Shown one piece after another: positions 1 to 9,433 of a DNA stretch of 64,000 nucleotides. Position 1 is the stretch's first letter, and every line of letters begins with the position of its first letter. The position numbers were made by a program, and so were the translations under genes. The stretch comes from Dehalococcoidia bacterium (lineage in GTDB: Bacteria > Chloroflexota > Dehalococcoidia > UBA2979). The notes beneath the pieces were generated by a model. It was not told where the DNA came from and made no database searches. It worked only from the letters and a program-made list of their open reading frames with translations. Location of the stretch: positions 1,024,001 to 1,088,000 of the forward strand of contig OZ244720.1 of assembly GCA_965219085.1 (NCBI GenBank), given 5' to 3'.

Positions 1-708
1 GACGTTGAGGTAGTACGCCTTGTGCACGCCGTCGGTCTGGTAGCGCTCAAGCGTGAAAGCCGCGTCCTCGGCCGTAAAGGGGCGGCCGTTGAGCGGAGCG
101 ACGTTCTGCCACGTGACGCCCGGAGTGATCTGGAAGGTGAACGTCAGCCCGTCCGGCGAGCGCTCCCACGACTCGGCCAGTTCCGGCACGATTTCCGGCT
201 GGAACACGTCCGCGGCCGGTCCGCGGCGGAACCCGAGCATGCGGTTGTAGACCATGTTCGGGATCGTGACCGTCCCGCCGGCCGCCGAGTCGATCGGGTC
301 GATCGACTGGAAGTTCCAGGTCGCGGCCACCTTCATGACGCCGCCGGGGACCGGGGTCTTGTTCGGCTCCGGGAAGTTGTACGGGTACGGCAGGCGCTCG
401 TCGCGGACCAGCTGACCGACGACCGCGGGCTGATCCTCGGCGGTGTCGTCGGCTTCGGCGGCGTCGGCGGCGTCGTCGCTCGAGGTTGCGGTGGTGCCGC
501 TCGAACTTGCCGTTGTGCCGGTGCCCGACGTGGTCGTCTGGGTCGTGGCGGCGTCGTCATCATCATCGTCGTCATCGTCGCCGCCGCAGCCGATGAGTGC
601 CGCGGCCGCGAGGCCCGCTCCGCCGAGCAGGCCCCCGCGCAGCAGGGTCCGCCTGCCTACCGAGTGCGTCCACCAGCCGGACACACGCCCTTCCTGGTCT
701 ATGGCCAT
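1..708 (-). CDS. ABC transporter substrate-binding protein, family 5 (Tat lipoprotein); partial, runs off the window start
   Basis: ATG at 708 reads MAIDQEGRVSGWWTHSVGRRTLLRG..LIGC. Near-identical to the N-terminal part of 907..2784, with a twin-Arg motif and lipobox Cys. Confidence 0.85.
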   Translation of the reverse strand, partial: MAIDQEGRVSGWWTHSVGRRTLLRGGLLGGAGLAAAALIGCGGDDDDDDDDDAATTQTTTSGTGTTASSSGTTATSSDDAADAAEADDTAEDQPAVVGQLVRDERLPYPYNFPEPNKTPVPGGVMKVAATWNFQSIDPIDSAAGGTVTIPNMVYNRMLGFRRGPAADVFQPEIVPELAESWERSPDGLTFTFQITPGVTWQNVAPLNGRPFTAEDAAFTLERYQTDGVHKAYYLNV

Positions 709-857
709 GGCGGAACCTCCGTTGTTGATGCTTTCGCGCTTGCCTGGGATTCGGGCAGCCTACCGGAACCCGCGAGGCATTGTCACACAACGCGCGTTGT
801 AGCTGGCGCCGCGAGGCAGCCGGGAGCGCTCGCAGCCGGGATCCCGGACACGCAAGA

Positions 858-879
858 GGGGCGGCCGAATGGCCGCCCC
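858..879 (-). terminator. GC-rich hairpin, probable terminator or RNA-stabilising stem between the two SBP genes
   Basis: ggggcggcc-gaat-ggccgcccc perfect 9-bp stem about 30 nt downstream of the 907 stop. The U-tract is weak. Confidence 0.5.
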
Positions 880-906
880 CCAGGTTCGTCACGCCGTCGA
901 AGGCTG

Positions 907-2784
907 CTAGCTGCGGCCCTCGATGTCCGGGTCTATCCAGGCCGTCTGCACCTGGTCGCCCCACGTGTAGTAGGAGTTGTTGTCGCCGGGCGCGGAGCCG
1001 GTGAAGCGGATCCCGCGCATCCACGGCTGGTAGACCTCCAGGGTGAAGCCCCACGGCAGCGTCGGGCGGTATGCCTGGTCCAGGTCCCTGTCCCAGATCT
1101 TCCGCCACAACTCGGAGCGGGCCGCCGGGTCGAGCTCGATCTGCTGGGCCTCGGCCCAGCCGTCGATCTCGGCGTCGCTCATCCGCCAGCGGTTGCCCGG
1201 GGACTTCGAGTGGACCTGGCCGTGGAACCAGTTGTCGGCGTCGTAGCCGCTGGTGCTCCAGGCCGAGGTGGAGAAGTCCGGCAACTTCGAGGGGACCCAC
1301 TGCGAGTTGAACTCGGTGTAGTCCACCTTGCCGCCGCCCAGGGTGATGCCGACACGCGCGAGCTGAGCCTGCGTGATCTCCGTCATTTGCTCGAGGCCGC
1401 TCGTGTAGGCGTAGTAGCTGTTTTCCATCTCGAAGTTCTCGGCGCCGGCGGCCTTGAGCAGCTTCACCGCCTCATCGGGGTTGTACTGCAGGTACGGGCC
1501 CACTTCGGGGGAGCCGACGCTCACTTCCGCATCGAACAGGAACGGCCACGGGACGATGTTCTGCGCCTTGCCCAGCCCGTCGAAGACGATGTCGACCATC
1601 TCCTGGCGGTCGATCGCCATCGCGAGGGCGCGGCGAACGCGCACGTCCTGGTACTTCGCCAGCGTGTGGTTCATGCCCATGCTGATCGAGTTGTAGACAA
1701 CCGGGAGGAAGTTGACCTGGACGTCGGGATTCGTCTCCAGCACCTCGTTGAGGTCACGCACCGTCGAGACCAGCCCGTAGGCATAGTCGAGGTTGCCGAC
1801 GCGGAACTGCGCGATGCGGGCGACGTGGTCCGGCATGATCAGGAACTCGAACCCGTCCAGGAGGACCTCGTTCTCCCAGTAGTCCGGGTTCTTCTCGAAC
1901 TGGACGTTCTGGCCCAGTTCGAGGTCGGTCAGGATCATCGGGCCGGTCCCCACTCCGGAGGTCGTGATGCTCCCATCGTCGACGATCTCGCGCGGGAAGA
2001 TGGTCTGCTTGTTGCTGGCGAGCGGGTTCAGGAAGTCCGCCGTCGCCTGCGCCATGTTGATCTTGAGCGTCAGGTCGTCGGGCGCCTCGAAGCCTGCCAC
2101 GTTGGCGTAGTAGGACTTGTGGACACCTTCGGTCGCGTAGCGGTTGAGGGCGTACCGCGCGTCCTCGGCCGTGAACTTGCGGCCGTTCAGCGGCGCGACG
2201 TTCTGCCACGTGACGTTCGGCCGGATCTGGAACGTGAAGGTCAGGCCGTCCGGGGAGCGCTCCCAGGAGGCCGCGAGCTCGGGCTCGATCTCCGGCTGGA
2301 ACACGTCCGCGGCCGGACCGCGCACGAAGCCGATCAGGCGGTTGTAGACCATGTTCGGCACGGTCACCGTGCCGCCGGCGGCCGAGTCGATCGGGTCGAG
2401 CGACTGGAAGTTCCAGGTCGCCGCCACCTTCATGACGCCGCCGGGAACCGGGGTCTTGTTCGGCTCCGGGAAGTTGTACGGGTACGGCAGCGCCGGATCC
2501 TGAACGAGCTTGCCGAGCGTCTCCTCCTCGGCGGTGTCGGCCGCGGTGTCGTCCTCGTCGTCGTCCGGCGCAGGGGTCGAGGTAGCCGCTACCGCTGCGG
2601 GCGCCGCGGGCGTCGCCGCGGTGGAGGCCGCTTCGTCATCGTCGTCGTCGTCATCGCCGCCGCAGCCGATGAGTGCCGCGGCCGCGAGGCCGACGCCTCC
2701 GAGCAGGCCGCCGCGCAGCAGGGTCCGCCTGCCTACCGAGTGCGTCCACCAGCCGGACACACGCTCTTCCTGTTCTATGGCCAT
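907..2784 (-). CDS. ABC transporter substrate-binding protein, family 5 (DppA/OppA-like), Tat lipoprotein
   Basis: RRTLLRG Tat motif, LIGC lipobox, ELAASWERSPDGLTFTF, GTGPM and DVRVRRALAMAIDR family motifs. Confidence 0.9.
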   Translation of the reverse strand: MAIEQEERVSGWWTHSVGRRTLLRGGLLGGVGLAAAALIGCGGDDDDDDDEAASTAATPAAPAAVAATSTPAPDDDEDDTAADTAEEETLGKLVQDPALPYPYNFPEPNKTPVPGGVMKVAATWNFQSLDPIDSAAGGTVTVPNMVYNRLIGFVRGPAADVFQPEIEPELAASWERSPDGLTFTFQIRPNVTWQNVAPLNGRKFTAEDARYALNRYATEGVHKSYYANVAGFEAPDDLTLKINMAQATADFLNPLASNKQTIFPREIVDDGSITTSGVGTGPMILTDLELGQNVQFEKNPDYWENEVLLDGFEFLIMPDHVARIAQFRVGNLDYAYGLVSTVRDLNEVLETNPDVQVNFLPVVYNSISMGMNHTLAKYQDVRVRRALAMAIDRQEMVDIVFDGLGKAQNIVPWPFLFDAEVSVGSPEVGPYLQYNPDEAVKLLKAAGAENFEMENSYYAYTSGLEQMTEITQAQLARVGITLGGGKVDYTEFNSQWVPSKLPDFSTSAWSTSGYDADNWFHGQVHSKSPGNRWRMSDAEIDGWAEAQQIELDPAARSELWRKIWDRDLDQAYRPTLPWGFTLEVYQPWMRGIRFTGSAPGDNNSYYTWGDQVQTAWIDPDIEGRS

Positions 2785-3032
2785 GGCGGAACCTCCTTGT
2801 TGATTGTTTCTCGCCAGCCTCGGAAGGACGGAGGATACGGGAACCTTCGCTCCCGTTCCAGCGCGAAAGCCTCATTTCCGCGCATAGACCCGACGCTCCT
2901 CAGCAGCACCCCTCGTCACGGCGCCCGCGCGGTGTCTCGAACGCACCCCGATGCTAGGATCGGACCGGCCCGGTGCGGCCCTTCCGCACCCCCCGGCACA
3001 CGAGGGGCCGCCATGCGCGCCGTGCTCGTCCC

Positions 3033-4679
3033 ATGACCACCTCGCCGCTCGCGCCCGTCGACGCCGTCGTGATCGGCGGCGGTCCCGGCGGCAGCAGCGC
3101 CGCCACCATGCTCGCCCGCAAGGGCCTGCGCGTCGTCCTGCTGGAGCGCGACCACTTCCCCCGCGAACACGTCGGCGAGTCACTGCTGCCGGCCAGCGTG
3201 CCGATGCTCGAGTCGATGGGCGTGCTGCCCGCCGTCGAGGCGGCCGGGTTCGTGCGCAAGCGCGGAGCGACGATGGTGTGGGGCTCCGACCTCGAGCCGT
3301 GGAGCTGGTACTTCAACGAGGTCAGCGACGCCTACCCGACCTCCTTCCAGGTGGTCCGCTCGGAGTTCGACCGCATCCTCCTCGACCACGCGCGCGCCTC
3401 CGGCGTCGACGTGCGCGAGGGCCACCAGGCGATCGAGGTGCCGTTCGTCGACGGCCGCGCCACCGGTGTGTCGTTCCGCACCGACGAGGGCGCCGAGGGC
3501 TTCGTGCATGCGTCGTGGGTCGTCGACGCGAGCGGGCAGTCGGCTCTGCTCGGGCACGCGCTCGAGCTGCGCCAGTGGGACGAGTTCTTCCGCAATCTCG
3601 CCATCTACGGCTACTTCGAGGGCGCCGCGCGGCTGCCGGAGCCCGACGACACCAACATCTTCATCGAGTCCTACGAGCACGGCTGGTGCTGGGCGATCCC
3701 GCTGCACACCGGTGTCTCCAGCGTCGGCGCGGTGCTCGACAGCGAGGAGGGGCAGCGCGCGATCCGCGAGGACGGCGTGGAGGCGACCTTCCAGGCGCAA
3801 CTCGACGCCGCACCGCGCACCTCGGAGCTGCTCAACGGAGCCAGGCTCGTCAGCGGGCCGCACGTCGTCCGCGACTGGTCGTACCTGTCGAGCCGGATGG
3901 TCGGTCCTGGCTACATCCTCGTCGGCGACGCGGCGTGCTTCATCGACCCGCTGTTCTCGTCCGGCGTGCACCTCGCGCTGACGAGCGGGCTCGTCGCCGC
4001 GGCGTACGTGAGCTCCGTGCTGCGCGACCCGACGCTCGAGGGGCCGGCCGCCGAGGCGTACCGCGACCTCTACCTGGGCCAGTACCACAGCTTCCACCGG
4101 CTGGCGCAGCTCTTCTACGCGAGCAACCGCAGCGCGGAGTCCTACTTCTGGGAGGCGCGCCGCATCTCCGAGGAGGACGCGTTCACGCCTCGCCACGCCT
4201 TCGTGCGCATGGTCGCCGGGCAGCCGCCGATCAGCTACGAGCGCGCCGTGCTCGACCGCGGTGACGCGCCCTCGACGTTCGTGAGCAGCGTCCGCGCCGT
4301 CGAGGCCGAGCGCGCACGCCGGCGCGCGCAGCTGCAGGCGTCGTCGCCGCTGGGGATCGCCGCCTCCGTCCCCATCCTCGACGCGGAGGAGCGGATCGAG
4401 CGTAAGCCGACCCTGGAGCGCGACTCGTTCGAGTGGGGGTTCGTGCTGACCTCGGAGGGGCGGCCCGAGGGGGCGCCGGTGAGCCTGCCGGTCGCGCGCC
4501 TGCTGCGCGGCGCCGACGGGCGCTCGACCATCGGCCAGATCGTCGACCAGATGGCGACCGAGGCGCGGCTCGATCGCAGCTCGCGTCAGCAACTGCTGGA
4601 GCAGATGGCCGTGGCCGTTGGCATCCTCTACATCGACGGCGCCGTCGACGAGCTGCGCGGCCTCGCCGAGAACGGCTAG
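3033..4679 (+). CDS. Flavin-dependent halogenase (PltA/PrnC-like) with C-terminal extension
   Basis: GGGPGG FAD motif, FPREHVGESL, putative catalytic Lys in GFVRKRG, WCWAIP (WxWxIP) and FIDPLFSSG motifs. Confidence 0.8.
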   Translation: MTTSPLAPVDAVVIGGGPGGSSAATMLARKGLRVVLLERDHFPREHVGESLLPASVPMLESMGVLPAVEAAGFVRKRGATMVWGSDLEPWSWYFNEVSDAYPTSFQVVRSEFDRILLDHARASGVDVREGHQAIEVPFVDGRATGVSFRTDEGAEGFVHASWVVDASGQSALLGHALELRQWDEFFRNLAIYGYFEGAARLPEPDDTNIFIESYEHGWCWAIPLHTGVSSVGAVLDSEEGQRAIREDGVEATFQAQLDAAPRTSELLNGARLVSGPHVVRDWSYLSSRMVGPGYILVGDAACFIDPLFSSGVHLALTSGLVAAAYVSSVLRDPTLEGPAAEAYRDLYLGQYHSFHRLAQLFYASNRSAESYFWEARRISEEDAFTPRHAFVRMVAGQPPISYERAVLDRGDAPSTFVSSVRAVEAERARRRAQLQASSPLGIAASVPILDAEERIERKPTLERDSFEWGFVLTSEGRPEGAPVSLPVARLLRGADGRSTIGQIVDQMATEARLDRSSRQQLLEQMAVAVGILYIDGAVDELRGLAENG

Positions 4680-4695
4680 GGCCGCACCGCCCTCG

Positions 4696-5778
4696 TTACT
4701 CGCCGGCCGAGCCGCCTCCGCTGCTCGCGCCGCCGCCGGAGCCGCGACCACGCCGGCGGCGACCGCCGCGCCGGCCGCGCCGCCGCCGCTTCGGGCGTTC
4801 CTCGCCGCCCTCCTGCCCGGGCTGCTCCGACGCCTCGCCGGGCGGCCGCTGCCGCTCACCGCTGGGCGTGGCGACCGGTTCGAGGGTCGCGACGAGGTTG
4901 TCGCGCCGGTCGCGGTCCTGGCGTCGCACACCCTCCTCGACCGTGGCGTCGAACTCCTCGGGCCGGACGGCGGTGCCGTACTGCGCCGCGAACTCCTCGG
5001 CGGACATTTCGATGACCTCGTTGGTCTCGTCCATGCGCATGCGCACGGTCTGCTTGAGTGTGCCGACTGAGATCACGCGCGCGCGGCCGACGGGCGTGGT
5101 GAGCCGCTTGCCGACCTTCGGGAGCGTGCCGCGCAGCTCGCGGTACTCCTCCACCTCGAACGAGAGGCAGCAGAGCAGGCGGCCACAGACGCCCGATATC
5201 TTCGTGGGGTTCGGCGGCAAGTCCTGCTCGCGCGCGAGCCGCATCGAGACGTTCGGGAACGTCGTCTGCCAGCTCTTGCAACACAGCGCGAGCCCGCACA
5301 CACCGACGTCACCGAGCGAGCGAGCGCGCTCGCGGTCACCGACCTGCTCGACGGTGACCTGGGCGTCGAACAGCTCGGCGCACTCGTCGCGCAGCCAACG
5401 GTGCTCGACGCGCTCGGACGCCGAGAACGTCACGTGCGCCCGGGTGCCCGCGAGGTTGTAGACGACATTCGCGACCCGCACTCGCGGGTCCTCACGGGCC
5501 GCGATCGCCTGCGCGCGGCTGATGTCCTCCCGCGCGCGCTCGCGTGCTTCGCGCCAGCCCGTCACGTCGTCTTCGGTGGCGAGCCGTTCGATCACGCGCC
5601 GTGGGCCCTCGGGCTCCTCGGCGAGCAATTGGTCGGGCGCGAGCACGACCCATCCGAGCTGATCCCCTCGATCGGTGCGCACGACGACGTAGTCGCCGAC
5701 GCCGAGATCGAGGTCGCCCGGACTGCACCAGGTGAGTGGGGCGGCTTCGTGGAAGCGAACCCCGACCGTGCCATCCAT
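4696..5778 (-). CDS. ricT: PSP1-domain protein (RicT/YaaT family)
   Basis: GVCGLALCC and KISGVCGRLLCCLSFE Cys motifs. Lies downstream of holB, a conserved arrangement. Confidence 0.85.
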   Translation of the reverse strand: MDGTVGVRFHEAAPLTWCSPGDLDLGVGDYVVVRTDRGDQLGWVVLAPDQLLAEEPEGPRRVIERLATEDDVTGWREARERAREDISRAQAIAAREDPRVRVANVVYNLAGTRAHVTFSASERVEHRWLRDECAELFDAQVTVEQVGDRERARSLGDVGVCGLALCCKSWQTTFPNVSMRLAREQDLPPNPTKISGVCGRLLCCLSFEVEEYRELRGTLPKVGKRLTTPVGRARVISVGTLKQTVRMRMDETNEVIEMSAEEFAAQYGTAVRPEEFDATVEEGVRRQDRDRRDNLVATLEPVATPSGERQRPPGEASEQPGQEGGEERPKRRRRGRRGGRRRRGRGSGGGASSGGGSAGE

Positions 5779-5819
5779 GGGTGTTCCCGCGAGCGCTGCC
5801 CGCGACCCCGAGCGCGTGC

Positions 5820-6935
5820 TCAGGGCGCGAGTGCCGCGGCCGCGCGGGCCTCCTCTCCGTTATCCCCACCCGCGGCCGCGACCTCTGGGAGGTCCAGCAT
5901 GAGGACCTCGATCGCGAGCTGCGGGTTGGTGTTCTCGATCAGTCGTTGGCGCGTCCGCTGCGTCGCGCGCAGCGCCTCGACGGCAGCGGCCACCGGCACC
6001 GCCGGCAATGGTGCCACCGCGTCGGGCTCCTCGGCATCGACGCCTGCAGCGCGCGCCAGCGCGTCGTGCCAGCGCCAGCGCCACACGTCGAGCGTGCCGA
6101 GCACGCTTGCGCGCTCACGCCGCCACCGCCCAGCGAGGCGCGCGGCGTAGTCGAAGCGCTCGTTGCGCCCGGCGGCGACGAGCCGCGCGAGGTCCTCGGC
6201 GGCCGTGTGCCGCAGCTGGATCAGCGAGGGGTCCTCGTGCAGCCGCACCGCGAGCCCGTAGCGCCCGCGCGCGAGCGCGGCGAGGCGCGCGGCCTCCGCT
6301 TCGTCCACGCCGAGGCTGTCCGTCAGCGCAGTCGCACAGTCGGCGTGCGGCATCGGCCGCAGCTCGATCTCGCGGCAGCGCGAGCGGATCGTCGGCAGCA
6401 GTTCGTCGGGGTCGGTCGCCAGCAGGATCAGCAGCGACGACGCGGGCGGCTCCTCGATGGTCTTGAGCAGCGCGTGCCCGGCCTCGGTCTGCAGGTCGTC
6501 GGCGGTGTCGAGGACGAAGACGCGGCGCGGTGCGCGGTGCGGCGGGGCGTGGAACGGCGCGAGGCTCGACAGCCGCGTGAGCCGCCGGGCCTGGCAGATG
6601 CGGATGCGCGTCGAGTTGTCGGCGGCGTGGTCGCGGTGACTCTCCTCGTCGCACGGGCCGCCGATCGCGACCACCTCGAAGTCCGGCGCACCGCCGTCCT
6701 CGACGCGGCGGCAGGCCGCGCAGGTGAGACAGGGATCGACGCCGTCCGCTGGCACCTCGCAGTGGATCGCCTGCGCGAGGCGCCGCGCGAGCGTGGCCTT
6801 GCCGACGCCCTCGGGGCCGGTCAGCAGGTAGGCGTGCGCGAGGCGGTCGGCAGCGAGGTCCGTGCGCAGCTGCGCGGTGGCCAGCGGCTGGCCGTGCATG
6901 CCCCACGCGGCCGCCATGGCGGTCCCGGCCGTCAT
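5820..6935 (-). CDS. holB: DNA polymerase III subunit delta'
   Basis: HAYLLTGPEGVGKATLA, CxxCxxC zinc motif, ALLKTIEEPP and LLPTIRSRC. Confidence 0.9.
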   Translation of the reverse strand: MTAGTAMAAAWGMHGQPLATAQLRTDLAADRLAHAYLLTGPEGVGKATLARRLAQAIHCEVPADGVDPCLTCAACRRVEDGGAPDFEVVAIGGPCDEESHRDHAADNSTRIRICQARRLTRLSSLAPFHAPPHRAPRRVFVLDTADDLQTEAGHALLKTIEEPPASSLLILLATDPDELLPTIRSRCREIELRPMPHADCATALTDSLGVDEAEAARLAALARGRYGLAVRLHEDPSLIQLRHTAAEDLARLVAAGRNERFDYAARLAGRWRRERASVLGTLDVWRWRWHDALARAAGVDAEEPDAVAPLPAVPVAAAVEALRATQRTRQRLIENTNPQLAIEVLMLDLPEVAAAGGDNGEEARAAAALAP

Positions 6936-8275
6936 GCGTCGAGGTCCACGTCGAGCGCCATCAGGTCCTCGGGCGTCTCGCGGCGGCGCAGGGTGCGCAC
7001 ACGACCGTCGTCGAGGAGCAGGCAGGCGGGCTTCATCGCGAGGTTGTAGTTGGACGCCATCGAGAGGTGGTACGCGCCGGCAGCCGGCATCGCGACGATC
7101 TCGCCGGCGCGGAGGCGCGGCACCTCGGCGTCGCGCGCGAGCACGTCGCCGGACTCGCAGTACTTGCCGGCGACGGTGACCGTCTCCTCGGCGGCGTCGA
7201 GCGGGCGCTCGACGGCGACGACCTCATACGGCGAGTCGTACATCGCGGGGCGCACGTTGTCGGCCATGCCGCCGTCGACCGAGACGTAGGTGCGGATGCC
7301 CGGCACCTCCTTGCGCGCGCCGACGGTGTAGAGCGCGATGCCCGCGCGCGCGACGAGTGAGCGGCCGGGCTCGATCGTGAGCCGCGGCAGCGGCAGCCCG
7401 CGCGCGTCGGCCTCGCGTCGGAGCGCGCCTGCGATGGCGCCGGCGTAGGCAGCGGGCTCGGGCGGTTCCTGCTCGCCGCGGTAGGCGACGGCGAAGCCGC
7501 CGCCGATCGAGAGCTCGGGCACGTCGAGGCCGAGCCGGTCGCGCACGACGTCGGCCCAGAACTCGGCGACCACCTCGATCGCCAGCACGTAGGGGTCGAG
7601 GCGGAAGATCGGGCTGCCGAGGTGGACGTGGAGGCCGCGGAAGTCGATGTGTTCGGACTCGGCCACCGCCTGCAGGGCGCGCTCCGCCGCGCCCGTCGCG
7701 ATCGGGATCCCGAACTTCGTGTCGAGGATGCCGGTCGTGGTCTTCTCGTGGGTGTACGCGTCGACGCCCGGCGAGAGCCGCACGAGCACCGGCTGGGTCA
7801 CGCCCGCCTCGGCGGCGGCGGCCTCGAGCATCGCGATCTCGTCGATGTTGTCGATCACGACGTGGCCAACGCCGGCCTCGACGGCGAGGCGCAGCTCGTC
7901 CAGCCCCTTGTTGTTGCCGTGGAAAGAGACGGTCGACATGTCCACGCCGGCCGCGCGCAGGACGGCGATCTCGCCGCCGGAGACCGCGTCGAAGCCGTAG
8001 CCCTCGGCGGCGATGAGCTGCGCGAAGGGGCGGTTCAGGAACGCCTTGGCCGCGTACACCGCGTCCGTCTCCGGATACTCGGCGCGGAACGCGTCGAGGA
8101 AGCCTCGGCACTGCGCGCGCAGCGTCGCGTGGTCGTACGCGTAGAGGGGAGTGCCGTGCTCGCGGGCGAGCGCGGCGAGGTCGCACCCGCCGACGGCGAG
8201 CGTGCCCTCGTCGGTGAGGGTGGCGCTGACGGGGAGCACGTGGGCGAGCGGCAGTGCCGCCTGCGTCAAAGTCAC
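6932..8275 (-). CDS. lysA: Diaminopimelate decarboxylase
   Basis: YAAKAF PLP lysine, HGNNK, HVHLGS, EPGRSLV, GKYCESGD, GAYHLSMASNYN. Start uncertain (GTG 8275 or TTG 8269). Confidence 0.93.
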   Translation of the reverse strand: MTLTQAALPLAHVLPVSATLTDEGTLAVGGCDLAALAREHGTPLYAYDHATLRAQCRGFLDAFRAEYPETDAVYAAKAFLNRPFAQLIAAEGYGFDAVSGGEIAVLRAAGVDMSTVSFHGNNKGLDELRLAVEAGVGHVVIDNIDEIAMLEAAAAEAGVTQPVLVRLSPGVDAYTHEKTTTGILDTKFGIPIATGAAERALQAVAESEHIDFRGLHVHLGSPIFRLDPYVLAIEVVAEFWADVVRDRLGLDVPELSIGGGFAVAYRGEQEPPEPAAYAGAIAGALRREADARGLPLPRLTIEPGRSLVARAGIALYTVGARKEVPGIRTYVSVDGGMADNVRPAMYDSPYEVVAVERPLDAAEETVTVAGKYCESGDVLARDAEVPRLRAGEIVAMPAAGAYHLSMASNYNLAMKPACLLLDDGRVRTLRRRETPEDLMALDVDLDA

Positions 8276-8452
8276 CAGGGTTCCGCATTCCTGCGGTGTC
8301 CGTCTTGCGCACTCTCGCGCAGCGCCGGGGAGCCGGGCGCGCGGCGCGCTGACAGTCACACATCGAGCGTTCGTGATGATTATTGCACGCGGCGCGGCCC
8401 GGCGGCGAAGGACGGGCGTGGAGGTGACGCGGGAGCGGCGCGGGGTGGCTCC

Positions 8453-9433
8453 TCAGTAGTCCCCCCGCTCGAGGATCGTGCTCACCGCCTGCGGGCCTCG
8501 GTCGCGAAGCGCCGTGAGGAACTCCGGCAGAGGCGTCAGGTCCTCAGACAGCGAGAAGTGCATATCAAGTTCGGCGCCGCCGAAGGCTCGCGCGAAGTTG
8601 CGGACCCGTAGGGCGAAGACGCGATCGAAGAGCTTCTCGCGGAGCAACCTGTCCGCGCGCCTGGCGGAGAGCATGTACCAGTCCGCCTTGCGGATTTCGT
8701 CGATCGTGCTCGTGACTACAGCCGCATTCGATCGGACTAGATACTCGACCGCGGCGTCCTCGATCGCCCGGATCGAAGGCTTCCGCGGCACGCGCCCAAG
8801 AAACGATACGGCCTCGGTAACGTCCCGAGGAATGTGGTCCCCGACGGCGGCCGCGGTAAGGTCCGCGACGCCTACGATGGCGAAGAAGTACGGCAGGTGC
8901 TCCTCGTCCTGCTTCTTCATAGCACTGTCGATTTTGTAGGTTGCCAGCGCGAAGCAGTCCTCCGGCTTGAGACCGACGAGCTCGGCCGCTCGCCGGAACC
9001 GTGCACCATGGAACTTGATGTTGATCCGATAAACGGGACGACCCTGACCGTTGTACATTCGGTAGTCCGTATCTGTCCGCCCCTCGCGGAGGTCCACCAA
9101 GTCGAACTCAGTGTCGGGCATCTCGCGCCGATATAGCTCTTCGAAGACCAGCTCAGCAGCGCGCCCGAGTACGAGATTGCCGAGGATGGGCGCGCGGTCG
9201 TTCACGACGACTGAACTAGGCGGCAGTGACTCGCCGAGGATGTCGGCGAAGGGATCTGCTGCATCGCGAGCGCGGCGAAGGCGTGCCGCAGTAGTCCCCA
9301 CCTCCCGCGCGGCGGCGTCCAGTTCCTCTCCCGCACGGATCAACTCGAGGCCCTGGAGCACGTGGAGGGGCTTCGGCCAAGCTCCAGAGCCGACGATCCG
9401 TCCCACGGTTCGCATGAAGTCTGCTGACCTCAT
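8453..9433 (-). CDS. Putative restriction endonuclease (N-terminal HTH-like region plus PD-(D/E)xK-like core)
   Basis: Overlaps the MTase stop by ATGA. TDTDY...INIK resembles a variant PD-(D/E)xK motif. GC is lower than in flanking genes. Confidence 0.5.
   Translation of the reverse strand: MRSADFMRTVGRIVGSGAWPKPLHVLQGLELIRAGEELDAAAREVGTTAARLRRARDAADPFADILGESLPPSSVVVNDRAPILGNLVLGRAAELVFEELYRREMPDTEFDLVDLREGRTDTDYRMYNGQGRPVYRINIKFHGARFRRAAELVGLKPEDCFALATYKIDSAMKKQDEEHLPYFFAIVGVADLTAAAVGDHIPRDVTEAVSFLGRVPRKPSIRAIEDAAVEYLVRSNAAVVTSTIDEIRKADWYMLSARRADRLLREKLFDRVFALRVRNFARAFGGAELDMHFSLSEDLTPLPEFLTALRDRGPQAVSTILERGDY

Noticed and set aside
22-3036. 1004-aa plus-strand ORF and many other long overlapping ORFs in the track
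   Set aside because: They are antisense or alternate-frame shadows of recognisable genes, as expected at this GC content, and have no protein motifs.
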